A stretch of DNA of 63,462 nt, the filler included, from Sphacelaria rigidula (taxonomy: Eukaryota): the NCBI GenBank assembly GCA_964200075.2. It is 10 parts of 10 records of this genome, joined end to end, with 100 filler letters (N's around TTAATTAATTAA, not from the genome) between each part and the next. Parts side by side here need not be neighbours in the genome. Positions count along the whole stretch, not along the records: positions 12,715 to 18,970 come from CAXNAA020021190.1; positions 19,071 to 25,326 come from CAXNAA020021191.1; 8 more parts are not named here. One strand, given 5' to 3'. The notes beneath the pieces were generated by a model, which searched no databases, had not been told where the DNA came from, and worked only from the letters and a program-made list of their open reading frames with translations. A program made the position numbers and the translations under genes. Below are positions 12,774 to 25,179 of the stretch, in pieces (within the stretch, counting starts at the first letter, position 1; the number at the start of each line of letters is the position of its first letter).

Positions 12774-14180
12774 GGGGGGGGGGGGGGGGGGGGGGGGGAG
12801 CGCACTCATTTACTGCTTGCCTTAGTCATTTGACCATTGACCACACATACCTTCCGAGACGGAGCACTTGATGGTGGGGTGAGGGGGGTACTATCACTTC
12901 GAAAAACTATTTTCACCCCGAACGACGTACGAATTTGTACACGGATCTATGGGTAAGAATTTTACAAGAGCAGGATTCGGAGACAAACAACTAACGTTGA
13001 GTTATAGTCAGATCGCAAACAGTTTCGTGTCGAGATTTTGGTGACAAGACGCTGTGGCTGGAGTTAGACCCGACATCGTTGTTTGATTTTCAAGCCTCTT
13101 GCTGTTCAAAGTCGCACTACGTACGCACTTGCAGTCAACCAACCTTTTGTGGCTCGTACCTGCGCTACTTCCTGCAGCTTGTCCACCGTTTCGAAGGTGA
13201 AGCTCATGCGTTTTGAGCGCGCTCAAGAGAATGAGCAGTCCTTCAGTATTGAAGACTACTTCATGTTCAGTGCAACACTGTCCCTGTACCTTACGATATC
13301 ATCTGCAAGACCTGTGTTTTTCAGGGGGAGCGGAGATGAACGCTGCAGCTACAGCTTTTATACAGTGAGACAGAGAAATGCATCGGGAACTATCGTTTTC
13401 AGTCCTCATGTCGCTCAGTAGCCTCGTTCTCAGTAGTCCTCCGTTAAAACTATAGGCCATGTGGTCGCTTTAAAACTAGTGACGGATCTTGAGGAGGGAA
13501 GCTGCGACCCCATTTTCATTTCTTCACGAAAAACATGTAGTTGAGTAGTCCAGTACACAACTGTGACAACATATCCATCTATTCATCAATAAATCAACAC
13601 AGAATTGACATTTCTGCCAACACGGGTCTACCGCCGCGCCCTGCTGGTGTAAATGTACATGGTCCAACTGTCACCATATAGATGTTTTTTTCGAATAAAC
13701 TAAAAATAACGCTGACCCTAACCCCGATCCGAGACGTACGAGACCCTCGGGAAAGTGGGGTGCACAGGTTACTCTAGACACAGTGTGCCTTTGCAGACCT
13801 GAAATCGACGCTGTAGGCGCCGATTTCGATAAAAACACAATCTGGACGAGCTGGGTCCACTGCTCACCTGCCCCAAACCTCAAATTTTCTCAGAACTCTC
13901 TCGATTATATAATCAAGTAGTCATGTTGCCAATCATAGATATACGGTCAAAGCTTCAGGTCTACTGGCCGAAGGATTGATTCGTACGGTACGAATCAATG
14001 ACACTGAGATCGAGTATTTTTTCCGACGAATCGTTATCCGTCCGGCCCTTGGGATAATCATACGCGTCACTCACTCGACACGGTAGCTCGACACTTGCCC
14101 GTGTTCACCCACAACACGAAAACTTTTGCCAGCACTCCTTGCCCCAACGCCCGCCCAGCAATGTCTACTCAGACCCGCAC

Positions 14181-14337
14181 CTCTATAACTGCCGCTGCCG
14201 TGCCGCGGCGAGCCCCCAGATCCTCGGGGCTGTAGACTCGACTAACGCACAAGATCAACGGCCGACAGGCAGCGGCGTCCCCTTGGAGTATGGCCTTCAA
14301 TGCGGGCTTCCGTGCACGCATGATTTCGACATCATAC
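14181..14337 (-). CDS. BRCA2: BRCA2 exon (start of OB1 of the DNA-binding domain)
   Basis: (R)YDVEIMRARKPALKAILQGDAAACRPLILCVSRV resembles the BRCA2 OB1 start RYDxEI...LVLCVS. TTTCCAG acceptor and GTGCGG donor. Confidence 0.88.
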
Positions 14338-15261
14338 CTGGAAACGCCCAGAAATGAACAAAAAACGACACTGTGGTTCATACGCGAAGCGTAGGTCAGT
14401 TTGCACTATCTGGCGACACCAACGAAAACGTTTTATTTTCGTCTTTTGCTGAAAACAGCGTTGCCATGTACATTCAGTAAGTAGTGCGAGTGCTCAGATC
14501 CGCAATACGCAATAGAGAAGTAATCACGGGGGAACACTTTGTTTTAGTGTGTTTAATGGTAAATCAGTCCAGATCCATCCGAAAGAGATCAGCGGTCCAC
14601 ATGGTCCAGCAGGGATGAAGTGTTCCCTTCTTGAGAACAAAATCACGCGTTTTGTGCTCAGACCCATGGCAGGGTAACAGTAACAGCGTGCAAAGAAGGC
14701 GCCCCCCCCTTGCCCAAAGTTCAGACAGAAATCAATTTGCTCTCAAGTGGTGGTTGAATGATGACCTAATCGTACAGTTTCAAGAAAAAGGGTACGCTGA
14801 CACTGACACAGGTTGATCCCGGTGCTAGATACACTGTAAGCCATCGGTCACCAACGGCGACGTGGTATCCACTGCATGAAATTCTCAGCGACACCTCAAC
14901 TGAAGAAGAACGCAAAGAATACATATGATCCTAAATGGCCGCGGTAACACTGAAGTTAGCAGAGGGTGGATAGCCTATATTGGGATGAAATATGCAAAGT
15001 ATATATATATATATATTGTTTACCACCACTTGGTTGCCTACGATAGAGCTCCGCTGTCCGGTCAACATACTTTACACGGATGGGTATACTGCAATAGGAG
15101 TATGACCGTACAGCGCGAAATTCGATGTAAACCAAAAACAAGACCGCAATATTGATTCCGCCGTGCCAACGCACGCCATAATGTATCCCTCCGCCGAACA
15201 ATCGCGGGTATGGCATCGAGTGCGAGTGTCACCCAGATGAATCGATAGAGTCACGTCGTAC

Positions 15262-15363
15262 CGGTATTGCAACTGCCGCGTGACAGTCTCAGCCGTCAGG
15301 TAGCCGTGCGGGAAGCAGTCAGGAAACCTCCTTTCCGTCGCCGCCAATTTCCAAACAATCCAC
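15262..15363 (-). CDS. BRCA2: BRCA2 exon (helical domain)
   Basis: (R)WIVWKLAATERRFPDCFPHGYLTAETVTRQLQY(R) is the BRCA2 helical-domain signature. AG/GT boundaries are in phase with both neighbouring exons. Confidence 0.9.
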
Positions 15364-15434
15364 CTTATTTTCAGTTTAGTCATTTTGGAATCAGCAGCAT
15401 GACGGGAGGGGGACAGACGGACAAGGGACTGATG

Positions 15435-15756
15435 AGCCGAAAAAACAAAAAGATTATGCGAGAAGACAAGATAAGAGCAAAGCAGGACTACACTCCTCGA
15501 TGTTGTACTCCAGGGGGACGGTCAACCGCTGACCGCGGCATACCTTCCGCTCGAGAAGTACACCATAGACCGGAGTCTATTCTTGACCTCATCAGCCAAA
15601 AAACGAAACTGATTATGCGAGAAGACAAGATAGGAGCAAGCAAGGAATAACCTCCCCGATGTCGTACTCTAGAGGGGACAGTGAACCGCTGATCATGGCA
15701 TACCTTCCGTTCGAGTACAATGTACCCCGGGGACTACTCTTAACCTCATCAGCCAA
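15435..15756. repeat. Diverged ~158-bp tandem duplication in a BRCA2 intron
   Basis: Two copies of ...GATTATGCGAGAAGACAAGATA...CATACCTTCCG...CTT.ACCTCATCAGCCAA. Confidence 0.8.
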
Positions 15757-15983
15757 TTGAAACACCCGCAGCACTGCATTATGACAGAGGAGAGCTACAA
15801 AATATGTACAACCGATGAAAATACATCGCTGCTACACCACTGGTACCAGAACAACGCCGCTGACGGTGTGCGAACGAAAAGTCCCACACAACTTACTTAC
15901 CGTGACAGCTTTCTCACATACACCACAAAAAATACACCTTTGCTGAAGAAACAATTGCGGAGGTAATTCTTCTTCTCGAATAC

Positions 15984-18970
15984 CTGAGGTGATTGGCAAC
16001 CCAAGTAGGGGTAGCCAAGTCCCCATCCGCCCCGCGTCGAATCAACTCGCTCCAGAATTGCGTCGCCGAACCCGAGTCCCTGCCAGCAGCAGCAGTAGCC
16101 ACAAAATGTTCTCCGCAGCACAGGACGCCATCTGCTCCACTGCCGACAAAACACGCTCCCATTCCCACCTCACCTCCAGCCGCTCTTCTTGCATCGCACC
16201 CCTCCTCCGCCACCTCCAGAGCGTCCTGCTGTACTTTTCGGGCGAGTGTACATCGATCTTCGACCTCAGTCATGGGTGATGGGGACGAAGCCGAACAACG
16301 TCCCAAATTGGTCTCCGTTTCAGCCAGTGCTCTCCTTGCTCCGGCGGCTGCGACGTTTGGTCGTGGAGCTGCTGTGCCGTCCAGGAGGCAGCAAGGACGG
16401 CCAGCGGCGGCCGTTGTGGTGGAGGCGAACCGAACCTGGCCAGCATTGTCCGCCGTGACCCGCCGGAGTAAAGCCAAAACGGAGGATCGAAGATCTCCCG
16501 GAGCTGGGCCAAGCAACGGCGACGAGTCTGCTCCGGCCGTCGGTTGATGCGAAGACACAGTTTCCTCCGGCGGAGCACATGCAGTAGTGGCCGTGATGTT
16601 TACTTTTCCCTCCGCCGCGTTGCCGCCATCCTCTGCCATCGCGACTGACGGATCGATACAATTCTTCGACGTCCATCCGGAGGGCGGCAGCAACTCGCTG
16701 AGAATATCCTCGGCATGGTCTTTTGGGTTCAAACCGGGTTTGGAGACAACCACCGGGTGTGCTGCTGTGACATGAGGAACTGGGGGAGGAGGTGGTGGGG
16801 GCGGCAACGGAGAAGGGGCGTTCAGCAGAGACGACAACGACCTGCGCCGTCGGCGGCGGCCTAGCCGATCACCGCTGCGGCCATTGGGCGGCGCCGACTC
16901 TGCTCGTTCATCAGCGCCTTCGAACAACGCGCGTGCTGCCGGGCAGCCAGATTCAGGCGCGAGGGGAGACGAAATTGGCCCCGATCGCGCTTCGGCATCG
17001 TCTCCATGCACCGCACCTAACAGGGTTTTGACCGCGGATTCATTAGGCGTGCAGACCACTGGTGACTGGGACCGTCGCGGGAACGCTCCTCGTACCCGAC
17101 TCCCGCCTCCCGATGCCGCGGAGGCACAATCGGCGCGTGATCGCCTAGGAGAGAAGAGGCCTCCGCCGGAGCTGACGCCGCCGACACCGTTGCCTCGACA
17201 GAGCCTCTTGGCGGGAATGCCACCGGCGGCGCCCCTTAGTAGACCCTTTGGAGACGGAGAATTGGCGGCTCTCGATAATGGCGACGCTGACGAATTTGCG
17301 CCGGGGTTGTGTCGTGACCGTATCAATGACGGGGAGAAAGGAGAGGGCGTGACGACACCTGAAGCAGGCGATGGTGGTGGCATTCTCTTGTGCTGCTGAC
17401 GCCACGGCGAAGGCAGACGGCCAGCGGACGCCCCCCCTCCGGCCAGCGGGGTCCGATATGAGGAGATATTCGTAGAGCTACAGGCCAAGTTTACAGGCGT
17501 CGATGGGGCTCTCTGTCGGAGGCCGGCCGGAGCAGATCCCACACTGACCCCCCGCGTCCCCATCACCGGCAGTCGAGATGGCGTACCCCCGCAAAACGTG
17601 CTCGTATGTTTTCCCCCCCTTCTCCCTGCAAGGTTCTCTTTCTCTCCGCTGAGTGGCGTGACCTGGCTTGCGACCAGACGACCCCCCTCGGTCGCCAAAA
17701 ACTGCTGCCCGCCAGGTGGCGCGGACTCTCGCGGGAGACTTAGCATGCCCCCGACAACATCAGGGCCACCGATAGACGTGATCTCGACTTCGGATAGACT
17801 TGACGCCGGTGCTGCTGTGGATGCCAGAAAGGGCGAGTGAGATCCAGCAACAGACGCGGCCGGCTTCTTGTCGCCGATGTCACTGCAGCCGTCACCACCA
17901 TCGCCGCCGCTGCCGCCTCCATCGTTGTCATCAAACATGCGTTGGGGACGCTGCAACGGTTCGATAGACACATGAACGGCCTTGTTCCCTCTCGCCAAAC
18001 ACATTGAGTCGGCGGTTGCGGCGACCATACCGGTCCCCTCTCCGCTCATCGGGGCACCGGCATAATTGGAGGGGTCTGCGCCGCTTGTTTCACCGTCGTC
18101 AAACATGGCACTAGCACGGGCGAGGGCCTCGGCACTCACCGTGACAGGCCGGCCTCTTCCCGTCGAAAACGTGGCGGTCACTTCCGGCCCTTCGATTTGT
18201 TTCCAGTCGGCTCGGTGTCTGTTGGAACCGCCTGTCGCTTCCGAAATTTCTGTTGATGGAGCCATAACAGCCGTCGCCACCGTGGCGGCCGCCGCTTCCT
18301 CCGCGAATCCGCCGTCTCCTCCTAACGGCTTCCCAGGCAGGGTTGATGGAGTATGACCTTTTGCAAATCCGAACGGGGCATTTACCTCGTCAGGTTGGAG
18401 CCCTGTCGAGGTGAAACCCGATGGCATCGATCGTCCTGCACTACGTTTTACATGATCGCCAGTACCTTTATCTTCGCCTCCTGCTTCTATTCCCAAAAGT
18501 TTAGCAGACTTTGCCAACGCCTCCTCCGACACATGCACGGGCGTCCCTCTAGCCGTACGGAAACCACCAGGCGGAGTTGCTGCCGGCGCTAGGACCGCCG
18601 ACGAAGTTGCACGCTCTAAACGTCTGCCGGCATCATCTCCGATATTCTCATCTGTCGTTTTCGTCAGGAGCTTCGTAGCCTTTGCCAACGCCTCCTCTGA
18701 CACATGCACGGGCGTCCCTCTAGCCGTACGAAAACCACCAGGCGGAGTTGCTGCGGGCCTTACAGTCGCCGACGAACTCGTATCTTTCAAACGACTGCCG
18801 GCACCATCTCCGATATTCTCATCTGTCTTTTTACCCAGAAGTTTCGTAGCCTTTGCCAACGCCTCTTCCGACACATGCACCGGCGTCCCTCTTGCCGTAC
18901 GAAAACCACCGGGCGCACTCACCGCGGGCGCCACGGCCGCCGACGAAGTTGTATCTTTCAAACGACTGCC
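15984..18970 (-). CDS. BRCA2: BRCA2 large exon: BRC repeats, low-complexity linker and start of helical domain; 5' part lost at contig end
   Basis: Open frame of ~995 aa with BRC motifs GFRTARGTPVHVSEEALAK (x3), FSTGRGRPVTVSAEALARA and a degenerate fifth copy. It ends ATPTWVANHL(R) at a GT donor (15983-15982) that splices to RWIVWKL. Confidence 0.92.
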
Positions 18971-19271
18971 NNNNNNNNNNNNNNNNNNNNNNNNNNNNNN
19001 NNNNNNNNNNNNNNTTAATTAATTAANNNNNNNNNNNNNNNNNNNNNNNNNNNNNNNNNNNNNNNNNNNNAAATAACCATCTGACTCCCCTCCTTGCACA
19101 GTTCCCCCCCCCCCTCCTGGGTGCGGTCCCCCCTCCCCTCCCCCCCCCCTCTTATGTTTCCCCCCATTTTAGTTTTTCCACTTTGTTTTTGCTGTTGTTG
19201 GTGTGAAAATCGGGTCCTTGCATGCACCCGATGATCGTCTGATCCCCAATATTGTGTACAATCGCGCGCAG

Positions 19272-19459
19272 GACTACGATGGGTCAGATTGCGGCCGCCG
19301 CCGGCAAGAAGAAGACGAGCGAGGGCCCCCTGACGGCCGAGATAGAGTCGTTCGTGAAGATGACGGCGGTGATTGCCACCATCACGGGGAGCGTGTTCTT
19401 CGTACTGGGATATGTCCTCGTCGACTCCAACTTCCTCACCGAATTTATCTTCATGGTCG
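19272..19459 (+). CDS. P-type ATPase (P2C, Na+/K+-ATPase-like) exon, end of A domain and M3
   Basis: TTMGQIAAAAGKKKTSEGPLTAEIESFVKMTAVIA...FIFMV(G), with GCGCAG acceptor and GTGAGT donor. Confidence 0.88.
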
Positions 19460-20502
19460 GTGAGTACTTCGTCAAAGCAGGGGATGAGATGAGCTTTGGC
19501 AAACATTGTTCCGAGACATTTCGATCGATGGATCTTTTTCGTGCTTCCTTCTGAAGGGGCTAGGCGTTGGGGGCGGGGGGAGGGGAGGGGGGACGCGCGA
19601 AATCTTTTGCTGCTGCTTTTGTTGCTGCTGCTGTTGCCTTCGTGATGAGGGAGCTTCCCTGAGGTTGTGGTGCAAACGACGCCGGCCCACGTAGTTTGCC
19701 GACACGGAGGAAGCTCGGTCGACAAGGCAGTAGCAGGCATCGTCTAGCGGTGGTGGTGACGGTTCATCATTTTTTTTTTCTCGCATGGCTACCTGTACGA
19801 CTACCTGTGCATATCATATCGTCTCCGCAGCGGAGCAGGAAGACTCACTCGACTTGCTGATTCTACTATTTTAGTCATGACCACAAGAGAAAACTATGGG
19901 TGGATTTATTTATTTTTTCGCGTCTTTTTCTGCGTAATTCTCGTGCTCTACCCCAAAATCTGGGAATCGTTCTGAACCCTCTCGAGAGTATGTCGCGACC
20001 TATTTAGTATTGTATTGTATTGTATTTTATCGTCATATCGTCATATCGTCATATCATCATATCATCATATAATCGCATCGTCCCATCATCATATCATCAT
20101 ATCGTCATATCATGTATCGAGTACCGTAGCAAGTACACCGTGGGGCGCATGTAAGGCAAGTCCCCATTCTTGACCCCTCCCCCCCCCCCCCTCCCCCGCT
20201 CTGCTCGCAGTAGCCCTATATTTCGGTGTCCTTATATTCTTTGCCGTGGTGTTATACTTGGTCCTCTCTAGATATTTTTGTTATTTTGCATCATTTCCAG
20301 TAAGAGGTCGATATTTCAACAGAAACGGCTTAAAACTAGACACCATACACAACTATGACAACACACTGGAGGATAACCATATACTGAAGTGTGACAGCAT
20401 GCTGGAGTATGACAACACACTAGCGTGTAACACAGACCGGAACCCCCCCTCCGTCCTCCGTCCCCCGTTCCCCGTCCCGCGTGAAACACAACGATAATTC
20501 AG

Positions 20503-20735
20503 GTGTTTTCGTTGCGTTCGTGCCGCAAGGGCTGCCAGCGACCGTGCTCATGCTGTTGACCTTCGCGGCCATGCGACTCAAGGACGTCAACGTGTTGGTC
20601 AAGGACCTGACAGCCGTCGATACGCTGGGCACCATCACCCTGCTGGCCTCCGACAAGACGGGCACTCTCACCGTCAACCGCATGACCGTCGTCGACTTGT
20701 GGATAAACGGAGTTGTGGTTTCAACGGAGACTGGA
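20503..20735 (+). CDS. P2C ATPase exon, M4 and phosphorylation motif
   Basis: VFVAFVPQGLPATVLMLL...NVLVKDLTAVDTLG...SDKTGTLTVNRMTV, with TTCAG acceptor and GTAAGT donor. Confidence 0.93.
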
Positions 20736-22964
20736 GTAAGTCATGCGCTCAGTTTCCTTCTGCTGGTTGACTTTCTGTCTTTGTTGTTGTTGTTGTTGTT
20801 GTTGTTTTTGTCATTTTGATCCGAGTATATGCCGCTGCACGGCGGTATTTTATCGTTGTGACTGGAGAGCTAGGGCCGAAGCTCCCGAGAGTAGAGCGGC
20901 ACGTGCACTGTGCCAAGTTGATATGGGGGTTTTAGTTGGAGCACCCCTCACACTGCCTCGAGCAAAGCTTGCGAACGCTCAAGGCGCTTTCCCCAAAAAT
21001 TTACCGCGAGGCAGTCAAGCCGAGCATTTTTGGTAATCGGCACACGAACTCGCTTGCGAGGCAAGAGTTGGGTTGGGTTCCGTTCTTCCGTCAAAGAAAA
21101 AGAAGAAGGAGTTATGACTGGTGTACCGACAGCTAGGAGGGACAGAAGGTTACGGGGCTCCAATCTCGACAAAAAGAGTCATCCTCCGATGGGCGGGAGG
21201 GTGTTTTGGGCCATTTTCTTGCACCAAGATGGCATTTCGTATCGTCGTTACGAGCAGCAACTTTTGTTCAAACGCTCTTGGTACAAAGAAGACGCACTCA
21301 TTCGTATCTGCTTGAAACCGTTTTTCACCCGAAAAAAAAAATCGCACCGCAAGTGTTTTAGGTCGTCTGATGCACTTGTGAGCCCCTGCTTGTCGTGTTG
21401 TCAACCCCTCCCTACCGTGAGATCACTCAAAAATCCTGTCTTCTCTTGAGTCGAAGATCATTATCGCGGTTGAAAGTAGGGACAATGTGTACTGGTATAT
21501 ATTATGGTGCGAGTCACCGGGATGCGGGTGGGTGCTGATCTAATCCTCGACATCGAAATGTCAGACAGGGACTGCCCCTAGGGGAGAGATGGGGTGGTTC
21601 CTTCCATTGAGACCACGGGCTTGTCCCGAGTCCGCGGCGGCGGCGGCGGGGGGGGTTAGGTCGGTGTACGCATGATTTTGTATATCGTAGGCACAATACC
21701 ATTGACCCTGCATCCCTGCAAAGCCGGGATGGAGCATGTCGGGTTTTCGCCAGACCAGGCTTGCAATCAATCACCAAGCGCAAAACGCCGTGATGTGATC
21801 ACCAAGCGCTAAACGCCGTGATGTGTTCGGCGGGTCGCATGAAGGGTGAGCTGCATCCTGCTAAGATTGTTCGGCCCGAAGTGTACTGATTATCTTGTGC
21901 ATAAAGGACAACCTACAAAGGAGGAGCGGGGGGGGATGTAATCATGATCTTGCATGCCATAGTCATATGACCATTGACCTCGCATTCCCACATAGCCGGG
22001 ACGGAGTACGCCAGGTTTGTGCCGGACCAGGACGGGGAGAGGAGGAGAGGGGAGGGAGGGGGGGGCGTACCCTTTTTGTTGCTTGCCTCAGTCGTTTGAC
22101 CATTGACCACGTACCTCTTTTGAGACGGAGCACCGTGCCTGCCCCTAATAGAGACACCTTGAACATTTGGGCGCCCATTATGTTCCTTCCGTACACAAAA
22201 CAAAACCTCTTACATATTTTGTCCCCTTCCTGTTTCGCTGTCTGTGGCCAGCCACCATCTATCCCCTAAATAGGATAGCCATCGTTTTCTCGCTACACCC
22301 CAATGTATCAAACATTTTCATGTCACCCTCGTTTACTTCCCACATTTCCCCCTCTTCCCTGGGGGGGGCGTACTCGTTTGTTGCTTGCCTTAGTCGTGTG
22401 ACAATTAACCATGCATCCCTTTCGAGACGGAACCCTGGGGGGGGGGGCACGAACGAATGTGCTACGCTATACACTGCATTACTTCATGTAGCATGTACGT
22501 AGGGGGTGGTGGACCTGCTTTTGAAGACTCGATGCAGAGTCATGGTGGATGGTTTTTCAGCCTCGAATGAGACGTGTGTGCGATGTGTATGATTTGTGTC
22601 CCATGGATTGGTCCGCTTTGAGATATAGATATGCAATTTGCGAGGAAATTACTTGATTTCACAGGACCGTTTTTTTTTTCGTCAGTGTTCGTGTGAAGAG
22701 TGCGTGGTTTTTTTACTCAGCATGGCACAGCACAGCACGAGGGTTGAACATTAATCTGGAACTTGCGTTAAAAAAATAAATAAATCATTTGTAATTATGA
22801 GCGAAAATTTCGGCGAAGAATTTTTTCATCTTGAGAAGTGAAGACTACCAATGGAATTGTGATTTTGGTGTCCCCTGCCGATCACTTGTTGGCGTTTGGA
22901 TTTACTGCTGTATAATATACGAGCTGGGCCAGGAGTAAATCCCGCGTTTGCGTGTCACACCATA

Positions 22965-23200
22965 ACTTATCAAATTTACCAAATCAGCCCGACTTGAGTG
23001 TATCGGTGTGAACTGCAGACCAACCTGGTAACGCACGACACCGCCCCCGAATGGAAATAAAAAAGGGAAAAAAATGTACTGCATAACGTATCACCCAACC
23101 GACGGAACAAGGAAAAAGAAATCGGTCGGGATTCGAACTCGTGACCTCCATAATTGGAGTCAATTGCATCACTCGGATTAAGAGGAGCGCAGCCGTGCCA
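22965..23200 (-). mobile_element. tRNA-derived SINE; the body also occurs at ~42870-42995
   Basis: The minus strand has a degenerate tRNA-like head with B-box GAGTTCGAATCC. The body CAAATCAGCCC...CAACCTGGT..GCACGAC recurs in contig 7. Confidence 0.6.
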
Positions 23201-23837
23201 CACGAAAAGTTGGATGCTGCGCTAAATTCCTGGAATTTTCGGCCGACATTGGACCAGGATCTCCACACAAGGACGCACAACTACACTAGGAATGCCCCCG
23301 TATTTCTTTTCTTTTCATGTTGTTATGGCCTTTTTCTACTTTTTGCAGATACTTCAAATCGCTCTAACTTTTTTTTTTTTGGCATATCTTGGAAGGTTGT
23401 GCGTAGTGATGATAAAAATTTTGTGTCCAAATTTCAGCGCCCAACGCTTCGGATTACCCACCGCCCGGCGCGGATACATTCGCAAATCACTGTCAGCTGG
23501 CCTAGCTCGTACTCTACTCGTTCTTGACACAAACCATACATTCTTCTTTCCAGTCTTTTGAATTCATGGAATCTCGTCTAGTGCCCCCACCCCCCTTCCC
23601 CTATCGATTGGTCCGTTTTAAATATCGATTGGATATTGGATGCGTGCTATTTGCAAAGTCGTTTTCTAACGAACGACGTCTTGAGGGTCCGGAAGACGTG
23701 AGAAATATCCCTTCATCTCCCCCTCCTCATCTCTCCCTCATGCCGTCGCCCCCTCTATCCCGTTCCGTCGCTTGCTTTCTCGCTTGACGGGTTTGTTGGC
23801 GGCCCCGTCGCTGTGTGGGTGATGGATACAACCGCAG

Positions 23838-23882
23838 AATTTCAGCATTGACACCACTCCGAACTCCACTGTTATGCTGCAG
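23838..23882 (+). CDS. P2C ATPase 45-nt exon (N domain)
   Basis: CCGCAG|AATTTC...CTGCAG|GTGCGT encodes NFSIDTTPNSTVMLQ in phase 0/0 and fills the expected gap between ...STETG and CFILNS. Confidence 0.75.
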
Positions 23883-25011
23883 GTGCGTATGTTTTAATAT
23901 GATCCAACACGGTACGATGCGATATGATACGATACCAGGCGATGCGATGCGATGCGAATGCGGATCTCGTCTCTTGTCCTGCTCACGAATTCCAAGTTCT
24001 CAAGCGTACTATCGGGTGGTCTTCTTGTTGCCTACATCGCGCTGGTTTACTTTTTTCCTACTGTCCCATCCTGCTAATGATGTCGCATTGCCGAGGGTCG
24101 CGTGTGTTGTGGGTTGGTGGATTGAGTAAAAACGTTTCTGTGGGGCGGGGGGGGCGGGGGGGCGGAGACGGTTTCTGTAGCCCTCTGCAGTTAGCGGCGT
24201 GGCGCTGCCTTTTTCTTTTCATACACGAACGTTTTGGTAATACAATCGATGACGCTGCACGTATTCTTCGTGGAAAAACTCGTGTGTTGCTGTTGCGTTG
24301 AACGGTGCACTACACTGCTGGCCGCTTTGAGTCTTTTGCTGTTTCGCCCAAGTGTGCTCCCGATGTGGGCTTGATGTATTGGTGATATATATATATATAT
24401 ATTGCCTCTATCCTTTCGCCTTGTATGATGTCGTGCAGCGCTTCAAACGTCATGTACAGTAGTCGACGTTTCATTTGTGTCGGTATGTGCGTAATAGTTG
24501 ACAATTGTTCGAAACAGGAACATGATAACGTCGTTTCCGTGCCCTCCTCCCCCCGTCTTTTTTTCTTGTTTGGCGTGTCTTCTGTCTTACGTGTGTGTGC
24601 ATTTTGTTTTTGAACAGTGTGTTCTTTGTGTCCAGTTGTTTTTGTTTTTGTTTTTGTTTTTGGAGAACTACCGACGGTGCGACATTTTTTTTGTCATGTG
24701 AATCGAAATTTCGCTACGAATCCAGCCGTGATCCATAAATAAGGTGGACGTACCCGGGGTATAATAAACTGGCAACAATTGCTGAAGATCAGTCGACAAA
24801 AGGGGGGTAGTGGTGAAGGAGGGGGCATAAAAAATGTGGGGAGGATACGAACAAGAAAGGAGGGGGGGGGGGAAGGGAGAAGGAAAAACTAAGACGCTGA
24901 TTCAACGAATGGACACTCTCCGGGCGTTTCAGTTATCACTGAAGATTCCTTGTTTTTATTCCTGTGTGTATGTGTGTGCATGTGCGTGTCGTGACGTTTT
25001 CTCTGGTGCAG

Positions 25012-25179
25012 TGCTTCATCCTCAACTCTACGGCCAAGTACGCCGGGGGACATGCAGAAGGCTTCGGCGCCGCAGCTAAGATTCTGGGCGATGCTACCGA
25101 GAGCGGCCTGTTGAGGTTTGCGGCATCTACCTTGCTGGGTAACGAGGACGTGGAGGCCTTCCGAGACCGGCACGAAAAG
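25012..25179 (+). CDS. P2C ATPase exon (N domain)
   Basis: CFILNSTAKY...ILGDATESGLLRFAA contains the GDAxExxLL motif. GTGCAG acceptor and GTGTGA donor. Confidence 0.9.

Noticed and set aside
15989..18592. Multiple plus-strand ORFs overlapping BRCA2
   Set aside because: These are antisense shadows of a GC-rich coding exon.
19015..19740. 241-aa minus-strand ORF
   Set aside because: It is antisense to the ATPase exon, includes microsatellite sequence and runs into the N spacer.
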